Positions 26,731 to 40,068 of a stretch of 64,000 nt of DNA are shown here, one piece after another; the stretch's first letter is position 1, and each line of letters begins with the position of its first letter. The position numbers were made by a program, and so were the translations under genes. Where the stretch lies: NCBI RefSeq assembly GCF_963921235.1, contig NC_086097.1, forward strand, positions 219,792,001-219,856,000. Direction: 5' to 3'. Source of the DNA: Mobula hypostoma. Lineage: Eukaryota. The notes beneath the pieces were generated by a model. The model was not told the origin of the DNA and made no database searches. It worked only from the letters and a program-made list of their open reading frames with translations.

Positions 26731-27072
26731 CAGTGGGGGTGATGGAGGAGGAGAAATTTAATGTGGTAAGCTGTTGGAGATTCAATAATTAGGGGAAATG
26801 ATAGTTTTCATTGTAAGCTTGTTGGAAATCACACATACATGTTAACTAACTGGTGTCAGGATGAGAGAGCAACATAGAAAAGAGTGAGTGCGACGTCTTC
26901 AAAGTAAATTACAGAAGAGGAATGCAATGGTTTAAAACTCTATTTGCCTGTAAATTAGCATAGAGATAAGTGTGGTTGAGAGGTGAACACATACCTGAAG
27001 AAATGGTGTGGGGAAGATGGATTCCATAGGTAACAGTACTGGAACAGGGAGGGACAATTTTGTAGAAACAAT

Positions 27073-27890
27073 TTTGACCAATGTAGTACTTGTCGCAGTC
27101 ACTACGCTGGATTTTGTAGATAACATTTGTTCTATCAGTCACATTTTGTTGTGCTTTGAGATTTGATAGGCTCCTCCTCAGATTTGCAGTGGGTTTATGA
27201 GCAACTGTGATGTTGTGTTGCTGGAGCAGTCTTGCTGTCGTATCTGAGATGTTCTTTACATTTGGCAATGCAATTTGTTTATTCATTGTTCATGTAGTTT
27301 GTATATTTGGGTTTCTGACCTTGAGGTATCTTCAGGTGAAGCTTTGAAGGTTGGTCAAACAGGAAGAAAACTATCGACCAGGCTACACAAGCATCAGCCA
27401 GCGAGCAGAAGACACAACTCACTCTCACTAGTATCAGTTCATGAAGACAAAGAAGGGCACCCTTTCAACCGGACAACAGCCAGAGTCTTGACTCAAGCAA
27501 GAACAAGAAAAGAATGAAAATTTCTCGAAGCGTGGCTCTCCAGAGAAGGATGCATCAACAAACACATTGACATACATCTGGTATATTAACCCTTATGGAG
27601 AAAAGAGAAACAACAACATCACCAATCAATGAATCGCCAGTAATCTCAGGATTCGGACAGCAAAGCAAACACTTCTAACGGATGTCTCTCGAAGCTAGCC
27701 AGTCAGAATCTTCTACTGCTAAACTTTTCAATGTTTTGTACTAGCCAACCAGATCACAACACCTAGTTTGGACCCCGGAGGGGTATATGAGCCGGCCTTC
27801 TGAGGAGACAACATCCTCAACTGCGCATTGATGATGGCTTCTTGATTGGAGCCGAAATGTCTGCAAACATTTTGCCAAGCTTGGTGATCA
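27073..27890 (+). mobile_element. Penelope-like element 3' part (GIY-YIG endonuclease, 3' UTR, hammerhead); 27073-27350 is inverted
   Basis: The - strand encodes ALPNVKNIS...KPTANLRRSL...NVIYKIQRSDCDKYYIGQ. The + strand continues GQTGRKLSTRLHKH...FLEAW...INKHID from 27351. Confidence 0.85.
27825..27864 (+). ncRNA. Minimal type I hammerhead ribozyme motif of the second Penelope family
   Basis: GCA-TTGATGA-T-GGCTTC(TTGATT)GGAGCC-GAAA-TGTC-TGC. Six-bp helix II with one G-U pair; C3 and the helix III C are changed to T. Confidence 0.65.
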
Positions 27891-30885
27891 TTTTGCCAAG
27901 CTTTGCCAAATTTATAATATTATGCAGTATAGAGAAGAGAAAAGGAAAGAGTAGCTTCAGTCATTCAGAATTACTTCAATTACACAAAATCGAAGAAAGA
28001 GAAAATTGGAAATGGGCTTTCTGGTAATTGCATTAAGGAAAGGTAAACTTTATAGATGTTAAAAATTAGGCCAGTATGTAGCAAACAAAACAATTTTAAT
28101 GGGTGATTTAAAGTTTTACATGGATTGAGTTAAAACAGGGTAGCTTACATTACTGTGGTAATGAATTTCTTGAATGAGTTCAATCTAGTTTGCTACATCA
28201 GTGTATTTTAGAATCAGCAAAGGGGATGCCCATATTAGGAATGATTCATGAAGCAGCCTAATGATGTGTGTATGTTTATTTAATTGGGTCATGAATTTAA
28301 GTGAGTTTAGTGAAAAAAAGGAAAAATCATGAAGCAGCTACATAGTTTGTAAATGTGGACTGATGAAGGGCCGGCCTAAAACGTCAACTGTTTATTCCTC
28401 TCCATTGATGCTGCCTGACCTGCCAAGTTCCTCCAGCAGTTTGTCTGTCTTGCTCTGGATTTCAAGTGTCTGCAGAACCACTTGTGTTTTCTTACAGACA
28501 TAATTAGATCTATTTGCCAATGAAGAAGGCCACAAATAGCTGAATGAAGAAGGACAGAGAGATAAAACTAATCAAAATAATCACAAAACCTACAGAGTGG
28601 GAGAAACATAAAGAGCAGCAATGGTGATAGAACAGTCCAAGAAACAAAAACAAGGGTATGTGAATAGGAATTGCCAAAGAAGTTTAAAATCAGCACAAAT
28701 ATACTTTGTAATTATATTAAAGAAGAAATAATTGGCAGGAGCAATGGAGGCCTTCTGAAAATAGCAAAGTTGTAAATGAAGATAGGAAGTAGCGGCTTTC
28801 AGGTACCAATGCGTGATGCAGCATGGTAACATAATGGTTAGCACAACGCTTTGCAGTACAGGCAACCCACATTCAATTCCCACCGCTGCCTGCAAGGAGT
28901 TTGTACGTCCTCCCCATGTATCCACCGGGTGCTCTTGTTTCCAAAGTCCAAAGCCATACTGGTTGACAGGTTAATTCATAATTATAAATTGTCCCAAGAT
29001 TAGGCTGGTGTTAAATTGGGGGTTGCTGGGAAGCTGTGAGGGCTCGTTAGATCCCCAGTAAAAAGATAATCACTATCCATTACCTCACTTTGGGTCTCCA
29101 GACCTGTGGTGATCCACTCTCATTGGTGAACTGTTGTGGTTGTTGTTAACTCCAAAATTCTGTGGAATAATTTACATCACCAAACATTTCCCCTTTGAGA
29201 GGCACAGGGATGGCTTTAGTCAGAACCAGTTTAGTTCAGCTGGTCCTAGCTGCTCATTAATTGGACCAGTGGATGTTTGCAAAGGCAACGCACACATGCA
29301 GCTTGGTATTAAGTGAGCACTGAAATCATGCTGATGAGCCACAGTGCCCAAGTATTGTGATCTGCACCGGGTCAAATTGGCAGGGGTGAGAAACACATTG
29401 TGATCCTGTTGCAGGTGTACCAGCCCCACCCAGTGCATAATAATAATGACCTGATGGAATTAATATCTGTTGCACCTACTTGTAGTGTAACCTGCAGATT
29501 CTTCAATCCACCCACACAAATTGTGTAATGACATACTCTTGGATTAAACAGCAGGGGCTTATCAGTGGAACTCAGAAGGACAAGCAGCCACAGCTGAACA
29601 TCTAACACTATTCAACACAGTAAAATTACACCACTGCTGTTTCAGAAGCAGTCTGCATAATTATAAAATGTTTATATCCTCTGACTAAAAAAAGCATTTG
29701 TTTCACGGTGTAAGATCATAGAGGAATTGTAAAGTCACTTTTTTTTTGCCAAGCTTGAATCTGTAATTTAAGCAATATTAATATTACCACTCTCTGGATT
29801 TTGATTCCCATTTGCACTTAAGTTGAAAAGTTATTTTTCACATGATTGAATAATCAAAGGGCCTTTCTTAGTACAGTAATGTGGAAGCCTTTCAAAGTTG
29901 AAAGGAAAATTTATTATCAGGGTACATACATGTCAGCACATACAACATTGAGATTCTTTTTCTAGAAAGTATACTCAGCAGATCTAAAGAATGACTGAAA
30001 ACAGGATCAATGAAAGAGCAAGACCATAGAAGACAACAAACTGTGCAAATGCAAATAGAAATAAATAGTAGTAAATAACGAGAGCATGAAATTTTCCATC
30101 TCCCTCCTGTCTGGCTATGGAAGAAAAAGAATGAGAACGTGTAATCGCTTCAAATGACATTTTTCATTGCCAGTCACATCTGGTAGCCCTGCATTAGACT
30201 TTGTTGTTTTTCACATAGACTGTGATAATGATGCCAAACCAGGTTGTAAATGTTTTACTGCAATATTATCATGCGGTTAGAATAAACAATGCTGCCTAGA
30301 AATAGCTCATTGTTTCTATTTCTTTAGCGCATTAATCTGTTGAGAATCAAACAGACTGTGCTGGGCAGGTATTAAATGCAAATCAGCAAAGACAGAGACA
30401 AATTGATATTTCCAAAATAACTCTTTTGGAATTTCCTGCTCTCGGTTACTGCATGCACTGCAGAGCTGCTGAGAACTTACAGAACTTAATAAAGCAAAAT
30501 TTACTCAGGGATGTTTGTTGGCCTTGTTGATTGCATTTTTGAATTTCCATATTTATTTGGGGAAATCAGTACTGATTGAATTAGTTACCCAAACATCTGT
30601 TGTCCCCTTTGTGCTCCTGTACAGTTTAAAGTGTTTTATGGGTACAGAGCGCTGGTCTGTTTTTATTGCCACCCATTTCTACAGCAGTAGGCATGCGAGC
30701 AGTTCTGTTGTGTTGTCATCAGCCAATGAGCAGCCGAAATACCATGGTGAGAAAATTCAGCAGAATGTGCAGAGGGAATTAGCGAAATACTGCCCGGCAC
30801 ACTAATGACTGTTAGTCATAGTGATTAGTCAGTCAGTTATCAGTCCATGCATGAAGGCAAATGACATCAATGGGCGGCAAATGGT

Positions 30886-31075
30886 GTTGACTCTGGGGTT
30901 AGTGGCCTGCGATCAGTTGAGTCTGGGGTCCGTGATCAGTGGATGGGTTTAATGATTGAGATGGGACTGTAGTTGGTGGATGGACAAGGGGTGAGTCTAG
31001 GGTCTATCATCAGTGGATAGATAAATGCTGATCTGTGAGTCTGGTTGAGGTGAGGATTGAATCTGGGATCTGAGA
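30886..31075. repeat. Degenerate minisatellite (TGAGTCTGGGGTC...GATCAGTGGATGG units)
   Basis: About five imperfect copies of TGA(G/C/A)TCTGGGG and several of ATCAGTGGAT. Confidence 0.55.
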
Positions 31076-34000
31076 TGTTCTGATTTTCATTTTTATTATT
31101 TTTTAATTAAGATACAGTCAAGAGTAATTCCTTCCTGCCCTTCGGGCCGCGCTGCCCAGCAACCCCTGATTTAACCCTCGCCTAATCATGGGACAATTTA
31201 CAATGATCAATTAACTAACTAACCAGTATGTCTATGGACTGTGGGAGGAAACCAGAGCACCTCGGTAAAACCTGTGCATTCCCTGGGGAGGACATACAGA
31301 CTCCTTACAGATGACATTGGAATTGAACTCTGACTCCCCAAGCTGTGAGAGCATTGTGCTAACCACAAAACTACTGTGGATTCTGTCTATGTTCTTCCTT
31401 CATTTAACTCTCTCATCATCTACCTTCAGCCCCATTTTCTGCCATGCTCTCCAGTAACATTTATCCACCTTTCCTGTTTCATTCAGAGAGTTTGATATTT
31501 GGTTTCCCTACACTTCCATACAGTGTAAATTGGCCTGGATTATACCTAACCATCTCTTTTAATTAATTACCATTTTGCACCCTATGCCTTGATTTCAATT
31601 TACCTTTTTATTTTGACCACATCCATTTCCAATCGAGCATTTTTTCATACACTAGTCAAAACTTTATTGAGCTCATAATTATGCTGCCATCAACTCTTAC
31701 TCCAATCGATTCTTCCCGTTTGCTACAAGATTCAGCAATGCTTCCTTTCTCCTTGGACTGCAGACATATTTGTAGAGAGTGTTCTGAACCCACTTCATGC
31801 TTCCTAATTCAGTCAGAGAAAACAGTCCCTCAACTTCTTCCCAGTCAATCCCTTTCAAAGCCATGTCTTTGTACAATTATAGCAAGATTTTTCAATTCTT
31901 GTTCCTTAATGTAGCATTGCTTGCAATATAGACCAACACACCATTTACCTCTGCAATTGCTAGCGTCAGCTCTGAATGTACCTGTAAGCAAATAGAATGG
32001 ATGTTAAAAAAACTGATACCATTCAGAATTGTTAGGCAGTTTTTGTTCCCTCCTGTATATCAGTGAGCTTTTGATGAGTTTGTGAAATGTATTACTTAAT
32101 GGATTTGCCAAGAACCTGCAAAAGTGGGTGGGTGAAATCATTTCTTCAGTCACTATGTATAGTAACACTGCAAGCAAGCATACTCAGAATATTTTTACAA
32201 TTCAATTTGAGGGAACATCCAGAACAAGTTGTCCTTCAAGGTTGGATATCTTGTTTCAATTAACAATTAGACATCTTTTAGATGAATCCTAATACTTGAT
32301 AGGTTTTGTAGTTGACCTTCATGTTCACTAGGCATTTTAGTTTAGTCATTAAATCCAAATTGCTTTCCTTTTCTATGCTTTGCAATTGGATATTTATTCA
32401 TTATCTGTATTCATTTGATATTTCACCTCTTAACATATACTATCTTGCATTTACTGATGCTATGATGTTATGTCTCAGCACATCACTGATCTTGGCCTGA
32501 AATTCTTTGAACATAGCATTTTCAGTTGTATTTGTTTTCAGCAGTATTTTTCCCATATGTACAAACAACTTGAATGTCTCCTTATGAACCTCCTCCATTC
32601 ACTGGTCTCCGTGAGAAATTTTTACTATTTGTTATCACCTTCTAGTTTCTCTTGGCTGAAAGTAATTAAAATCCAGCAGTTAAATTCCCATACTTTGATA
32701 AAAGTAAAATTTACATTAAACACCTTAAGCTTTTACATAAAATCTTCAAATACAAGTGCATAATGACATTATAAACATGAGAAATTCTTCCCTCTTCCTT
32801 CTCAGTCCTGAAGAAGTGTCTTGGCCCAAAACATCGACTGTTTATTCATTTCCATAGATGCTGCCTGACCTGTGTGTGTTGCTTTGGATAGTAACATTTC
32901 TAGATTCGTACCTCATTATTAATTTGCCGCCTCAAATAATTTCTCTGGTCTTGGAGTCATGATCTGTGCTTTGATTATATTGTGAATTGTAGCATATATA
33001 TTCTTTAGAGTATGACTTTGAGCTGTCTTTCTCGATCATATTTTCATTCTCGCTGTTTTCTACATCCCAGTCTTTCAGGGTCAAGAGCATTATATTGATA
33101 ATATTCTTCATTAACGGCATGAACGTTTAAATCCCAAAAAGACTAAATTGATAAACAGGAGAAAATCCGCAGATGCTGGAAATCCAAGCAATACACACAA
33201 AATGCTGGAGGAACTCAGCAGACCAGGCAGCATCTATGGAAAAGAGTAAACGGTCGGCATTTCGGACAGGGAACATTCATAGCACAGCCTAGGGATGTAG
33301 TTGCTGACTCACAGCTCCAGAGGCACAGGTTCAATCCTGGCTTTGGGTGTTTCCTGTGTGGAGATCTGCACGTTCTTCCTGTGACCACATGGTCTCCTCC
33401 ATGAGTTCTGTTTTTTCCCCCCACATCTCAAAGATGTTAATTGGCCACTATAAATTGCCCCTAGAGTGCAGCTGAGTGGTAGAATCTTAACTCATTTGTC
33501 TTAGTTTTGACAAGAATATGGGGAGAATAGAAAAAGGGATTGAGGAAAAGGAGAGTTGATCGTTGGTGATGATTTATGTGCAAAGAGCTACTTTCTGTAC
33601 AGTATCTCTATTGCTTGATGGCATTATATTTCTAAAAATGGGTTCAATTGAAGACCTTATTAATCCAATTAGATTTCAAACAGCGTCCAACCTATCAAAA
33701 CTGAAAGCTTATAAAGGTTAATCCCAACCATATCTGTACTATTTACTTTAAATGCAATTGATTGAAAATGTCAGTGTTAGAATTATCCTGTGCGTCAAGA
33801 ACCTGGTTAAACATCACTGCAGGGAGTTAAATGCATCATTTATGGCTATTGTAACAACAGGTTGGTTTGCGGGACAGGCAAAACAGCCTTATTGCAAAGA
33901 ATCCTTTGCCATCTCTTAAAGACAGCACCAAGCAAACATACTTCCTATATGTATTTATACCAGAATTAGCAATTCAAGAGGCATTTATACAAGAAAGCAT

Positions 34001-34948
34001 TTTCTGTAGAGCGTTAATAGAGCTTTCATGCTGGTGGACTCTTCTTAGTGTAAACGGGCCTATAGTCAAAAATAAAAGCCTGAAAAAGGTTTGAGTAGCC
34101 TGGGAAAAATGAATAAATTGCATTTGAACTGTCTGCCTATACAGATGGTAAAACAGTCTGAAGTTGCTGCTGAAGTCTGAATGTCTTTCAGATTTACACA
34201 GAACCATGGGTGATTCTGAAAAGACTTAGTTTACTTTTCACATCATTCCTTCTTATTATGTTAAAGATTCCCAGAGTGACTGTTTATTCATAAAGAAATG
34301 CCACACACAACGAATAGGCCAAGATTGGAGCCTCATGTTTTACAATGAATCTGAATTCAAAGGGATTACTTTGTATTCGCAGAACCATGTACCTAACAGT
34401 GAAGGTTGCCTCTGTTCCTATTTCTAGAAAAATTGTTAGTATTGGCAGGAATTCTTCCTCACTGAGACAAAATTGAGTCAAAATGTTTCATAGATGCTAT
34501 ATTTTATAATAAATATCCTGTAATATTTGTAACTGATTCTTGCAATGTGTTTGGTTTATATTGGTTTGAAGGTATCCGTTGGTTGTGTAGTATTTGCTTC
34601 ATTGTCCTCAACAATACCTATCCACAGCCAGCATCATTAAAATGGATTATCTGGTTAACTAACTGCTTACTTTGGGAGTTCCTCTGCATTAATTCACTGT
34701 CACATTTCTAACCTAACAATGTAAACTGTATTTCAACAAAGTTTGTTTGGTGGTAACGCACTTCAAAAAATAATAAGAATCAGAATCAGGTTTAATATCA
34801 TTGACATATGTCGTGAAATTTGTTGTGGCAGAATCACATTTAAAAACCATAAATTACAATGAGAAATATATATAAAAATATATGTAAATATATTAAAAAT
34901 CTGGTGACAACACGTTCTTCTGAATACTTATTTTCATTACCCCAGTAG

Positions 34949-35272
<324 letters not shown>

Positions 35273-35731
35273 TAACGTCATTTATATTTCATTAACTGGG
35301 GACTTCTGTTTTTAAATGATTTCAAATTGTTATGTTAATTTTAGGACTAGAACCAATAATGAATTTTAGTGTACTGATCATTTAATTAATTAAATCAATA
35401 ACATTTATAATACATGTGAAGTTAATAACTTCTTCCACCTATTTTAGCTTCAAGTACAAGAATACGATTCATCAGTTAAGAGACGTCTTATATCTACACT
35501 AAATTCAAGTGCTGCATAGCTAGTACTAGATACCTCTACCACACACAATTTTATAACTGTGACTAATCTTTAGGTAATTTTTCATCTTTGCACCTTCTTT
35601 GCTCATTTTATAGTCTCATTATCAAATGAAAAAGGGCATCTCTTATTTATAGATCCAAAGATTAATCATGGATGTTTTTTGATATCAAAGATTAACATAT
35701 GTGTTCCTTTAGTGAATAAGTATTTTATTTA

Positions 35732-36336
35732 CAGGTGTGCACCGCTTAACGTCCATTCGGACAACGTCCGATCACATATACGTCCGTAGTCCCAATTGGA
35801 GAACGTGACGTAGCGGACGTAACCAATCTCATGTATCGCGTGTCTCTTGAGTGTAGTAGTGTTATCTCTCTGTTTCATTTTCTTTTGAAAATATTACCGT
35901 AAAGTACATCATGGCTTCCAAATGCAGCAAATCCACTCCTAGTGACAGCAGCAGCAAGAGGCAAAGGAAAAGTATTGATCTGGAAGTGAAGCAAAAGATA
36001 ATTAAACAATATGAAGGTGGAAAACCAGTGAATGCTATTGCTCAGGTTTTACGCATGTCGCACTCGACAATCACGACCGTCCTGAAAAACAAAGAAAAAA
36101 TTCTCGAAGCTGTTAAAGGATCGGCTTTACTGTAAACTACAAGGCTCACGAAAATGCGAGAGGGCCCTGTATCAGATATGGAGAAATTGCTGATGACATG
36201 GATTTAGTCAATACAGGTACACTACAGTACTCCATATAGGTTTGCTAAATATATAATATGGTGTTCGCACAACATCCAAATCACATAATGTCCGATTTCA
36301 CAGAACATATCGTGGACGTTAAGCGACGCATACCTG
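35732..36336 (+). mobile_element. Tigger/pogo-like internally deleted DNA transposon retaining the transposase N-terminal HTH (ORF 35911-36135)
   Basis: TA TSDs at 35730-35731 and 36337-36338. 24-bp TIRs CAGGTGTGCACCGCTTAACGTCCA and CAGGTATGCGTCGCTTAACGTCCA (21/24 match). The ORF KRQRKSIDLEVKQKII...IAQVLRMSHSTITTVLKNKEKI is a CENP-B N-terminal/psq-type HTH. Confidence 0.92.
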
Positions 36337-36439
36337 TATAACTATGAAGATTAATAATTTCTCATTTACGTGCATGTCTTTTTGTATGTTTGGTGACTTT
36401 CATGAGCTACAGCTGATCTTACACCGTTTCTAAAGTTTA

Positions 36440-36760
36440 TAGAGACATATAAAAGTACAGGACAGAAGCAAGCACTTCGGCCCATCTAGCCCAAGCTGAA
36501 CCATTTAAACTGCCTAATCCCGTTGACCTGCACCAGAATAATGGCTCCTCATAGCCCTATGATCCATGTACCTAAATACTCTTCGCTTAAACATCAAAAT
36601 TGAACTTGAATGTACCACTTGCGCTGGCAGCTCATTCCACAATCTCACAACCCTCTGAGTGAAGAAGTTACACCTCATGTTCGCCTTAAACTTTTCACCT
36701 TTCACCCCTAACCCATGACCTCTGGTTGTATTCCCACCCAACCTTAGTGGAAAAACACTT
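36440..36760 (-). mobile_element. CR1 LINE 3' end. Other CR1 3' fragments at about 40490-41000(+), 41170-41490(+), 45280-45755(-), 54410-54540(-)
   Basis: NTTRGHGLGVKGEKF...FFTQRVVRLWNELP. The listed copies show the same C-terminal motif or tail hairpin. Confidence 0.8.
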
Positions 36761-38019
36761 GTTTACGTTATCTGGTTTAAATTTATTGCAGGCTGAGAAG
36801 AACTGAGCAAAGTGTTGTGTTCTGGTCTGTTGCTATAATTTTGACTCATACGTTCAATCATTCTCTTCTGAAGCACCTTCAGGACTGCTTGCCTTTAGTA
36901 AAGCTTCTAGTAACATACTAAGAAGAGTGAATCATGTAACCTATGCTATTAGTATTCAAGTTAGAACTATTTTTACCTCCTTAACATCTCACTTCAATCT
37001 TCAAGTTAATTGGACCATCTTACCTGCCCCTATATTTGGTTTAAGATATCATGAAAATTTATTAAAAATAAACTGAGCATATGAATTATCTGTAGTGATA
37101 TGATGTAATTATATACTTGAGCACAAGATTTTCTATTGGAAGAGTCACAGTTAAACAAATTCTGCCATTTGCCAGAATAATATGTTGAAATGTTGGTTTA
37201 GTTTTGCCTCTGGCTTTATCATGGTTTCCAAGAATGATTCATTGAAATTTGAGGCTGCAAGTACTCCCAGAATGCAGCAGTAAAAAACCAGTGAAAGAAC
37301 CCACAGGTCAAGTGGAAGAACCCATAGATTAAACGGAAGATCTAAGTACAGCAGGCATGGACTTCAGTGTATCACCACAGCCTCTGGTCATCTCAGCAAA
37401 ACAATGTTTGAGGATCGTAAATTCAGATGTGGCACAAAGTTCATGGTATATTAGGCAGCAGTGATCCCTTTGTACACAGCAATGCACACTTGATTGAGAT
37501 AAGCATTACTGAAACCATCACTTCAGTGGATTAGATTGATGGTTAGATTTAGCCCAAAACACAGTGCACTGGATAAAGACTTAATGATAAACTGTATTTG
37601 TCACATGTGCATTAAACATTGAAACAAACAGTCAAATGCCTAATTTTATGTCATCGTTTGTGATGTGCTGGGCGCAGCCCACAAGTATTGCCGTGCTTCT
37701 GGCACCAAAAAAGCATGCCCACAACATGCTAATTCTAACCTGTATGGCTTTTTGGAATACGGAACACCCAGAGGAAACCCACCTAATTATAGGGAGAATG
37801 TACAAACTCCTTACAGACAGCGGCGGGAATTGAACCCCAATCTTCCAGTACTAATTATTTTCCTGACAGTCATGTCGATAACTGCAGTGTTGGAGTAGAC
37901 AGCGCTGTTACTGTTTGTGCAAAGTCCTCCAAATCTGCAGGCAGAATATTCAGAGGAATATGAGCATCATCTCCCAGGCTAGGATTATCAGCACTTGAGT
38001 GAGTGAGGCCTCCGTCAGT

Positions 38020-38585
38020 CAGAGATGACCATGGATAATGCATCCGAGCTGTTTAGATACATAAACCTGGGCAGTGCGGTATGGAGAGCAAGCTGTTGTC
38101 CATGTAGCAAACTCCCTCTCTCCACGCATCTGATGAACCCAAAGGAATGGCAGAGATCGATGCAGTTTTGTACCAGCAGCATCACAGGAGTTGTCAGTCA
38201 GCATTGAACTCAAGTGTAAGACTGCCTTAGGGACTCCAGCTCTGGATTTTTCCCTCGGGGTTTACTCCCGAAGCCTTCCCCATGAGTGGGTATAGCCACA
38301 AGGCAGCGGAGGTTTGAGATCAGATTTTTCCTTCTCCTGGATGAGCTGCCAGCCATGGCTGATGAGCCCCATCTGCATGAAGTGACTGGTCTTAAGGCAC
38401 CAGAAACCTGCCTTTGTCCCGTCTCCTGTCAGTAGAAACAGTTCTGCCAGGTTTAGTAGCTAAGCCACAGGTGAAGACCAGGAGCTGGACCTGGTTGTCA
38501 GAGGCTATTTTAGGTGTATGCCATTGGGAGCATTTAATAGGTCGTGAAAGTTTATCCCCATTACCATCCCCAGCTATAACAACCT
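38020..38585 (-). mobile_element. RTE 5'-UTR-derived non-autonomous element
   Basis: Reverse strand has GGAGAAGGAAAAATCTGAT...GGGAGTAAACCCCGAGGGAAAAATCCAGAGCTGGAGTCCCTAAGGCAG...CTCCATACCGCACTGCCCAGG, similar to 7690-7880. Confidence 0.6.
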
Positions 38586-39949
38586 AAAGGAAACATTTAG
38601 GCCCTAATTATACCCTAATTATATTTGATCAGCTTGGATTGGTGGGCCACTTTGTTCTCATTTCCAACGTTAGACTCGGGGGAAACAGACAGTCCTTTAT
38701 CATAACAAGAGATTATCAGGTGTAAAGGGAAGGAGTTTCAGGATGTCTTGAAAGGCCCCTTGAAAAAATGGCAATCTCCACCATCCCCCAAAATGACCAT
38801 TCAACATAGAGAAGGAGCATTTCACGATGGCATTGAGAAGCAAGGTGCCAATGACAGAAGGGGTGCACCTCCTTCCAAACCACCCACCTCAGAACCCGGG
38901 GAACCAGAGAGAAAGAAAACCCATTGTAATCCAAAGGGACTGCCTAAGAAAAAAAGAAGAAACTGGATAGAATTTGGAGCTAGGTGTAAAAGTGGTTGGC
39001 ATAAAGAATTAATATTGGTGGTATTAGCAGTAAAGTTAATAGAGCTTAGGGATTTATACAAAGGAACATTTACCAGGCAGCGTTGTAATGAAGCAATTAG
39101 CATACGGCACACTGGTTAGAGCTCATTTAGTGTGCACTAGCTCAGACGGCGCTCTGTGAAAAGCAGTCCAAATAAATTAACTTGACAAAATACAAAGAAG
39201 ATGCATTGTCAAGGATTATTCGCCTGGCAATCGTGTCAGTAAAATTCAGCAAAACCTGATGGGAACCAGCTGAAGGGAGGCAATACATAATAGCTGGATC
39301 TACAGTATGTAATATTCCCAATATTCGCATCAACCAAAACTATTGGCAACATCACGAATGTTACAAAGGAGTTAATGTTTTTTCTGTACAAAGTTCTAGT
39401 AATTCAACAATGCTTTTTTATGACCTACAATCATATTAAAACACCGTGTATCCAATTTGTGTGGCATTGGCAGTGTGTGCATACTCATTCCATGTGAAAA
39501 TGTGGCTTCCAGCATTCCAAGGATTAGCTTTATTTGTCACATGTGGATTGAAACATCAAATTATACAGTAAAATGTATTGTTCGTGCCAATGACCAACAC
39601 CATCCAAGAATATGCTGGAGGGCAGCCTGCAAGTGTTGCCATGCTTCCAGTGCCAACGTGGCATACCTACAGCTTTCAAACCCCTACATTTTCCGAATGT
39701 AGGATGAAACCGGAGCACCTGAGGAAACTTGTGTGGTCACTGGGGAGAACATACGAACACCTTACAGACGGCGGCAGAAAATGGACCCGGGTTACTAGCA
39801 CTGTAAAGCGTTACTCTAACCACTATGCTACTGTGACACCCCCCCCCCACCTCCTCCCACCCCGACCATACCATGCTTGTGAATATATCTAAAAAAGGAT
39901 CAAGGGTCTATAGCTGAAAAAGGTTGGACACCGTTTGGTTTTGCAGTTG

Positions 39950-40068
39950 TCATCATAATCATCATCATTATGTGCTGTGTCATACCATGTGGGCGATCCT
40001 GGTCTTTTGACCATGATTGCCCTTGGCAAATTTTTCCATAGAAGTGGTTTGCCTTTGCCTTCTTCTAG
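39950..40068 (-). mobile_element. 3' tail of an RTE-mobilised SINE/LINE with (GAT)n tail
   Basis: Reverse strand AGAAGAAGGCAAAGGCAAACCACTTC (BovB/Bov-A-like motif), ending in ATG/GAT repeats. Confidence 0.55.

Noticed and set aside
30886..31075. Repeat-spacer-like pattern (CRISPR-like)
   Set aside because: The units are degenerate and irregularly spaced, the context is vertebrate, and there are no cas genes. It is a decayed minisatellite.
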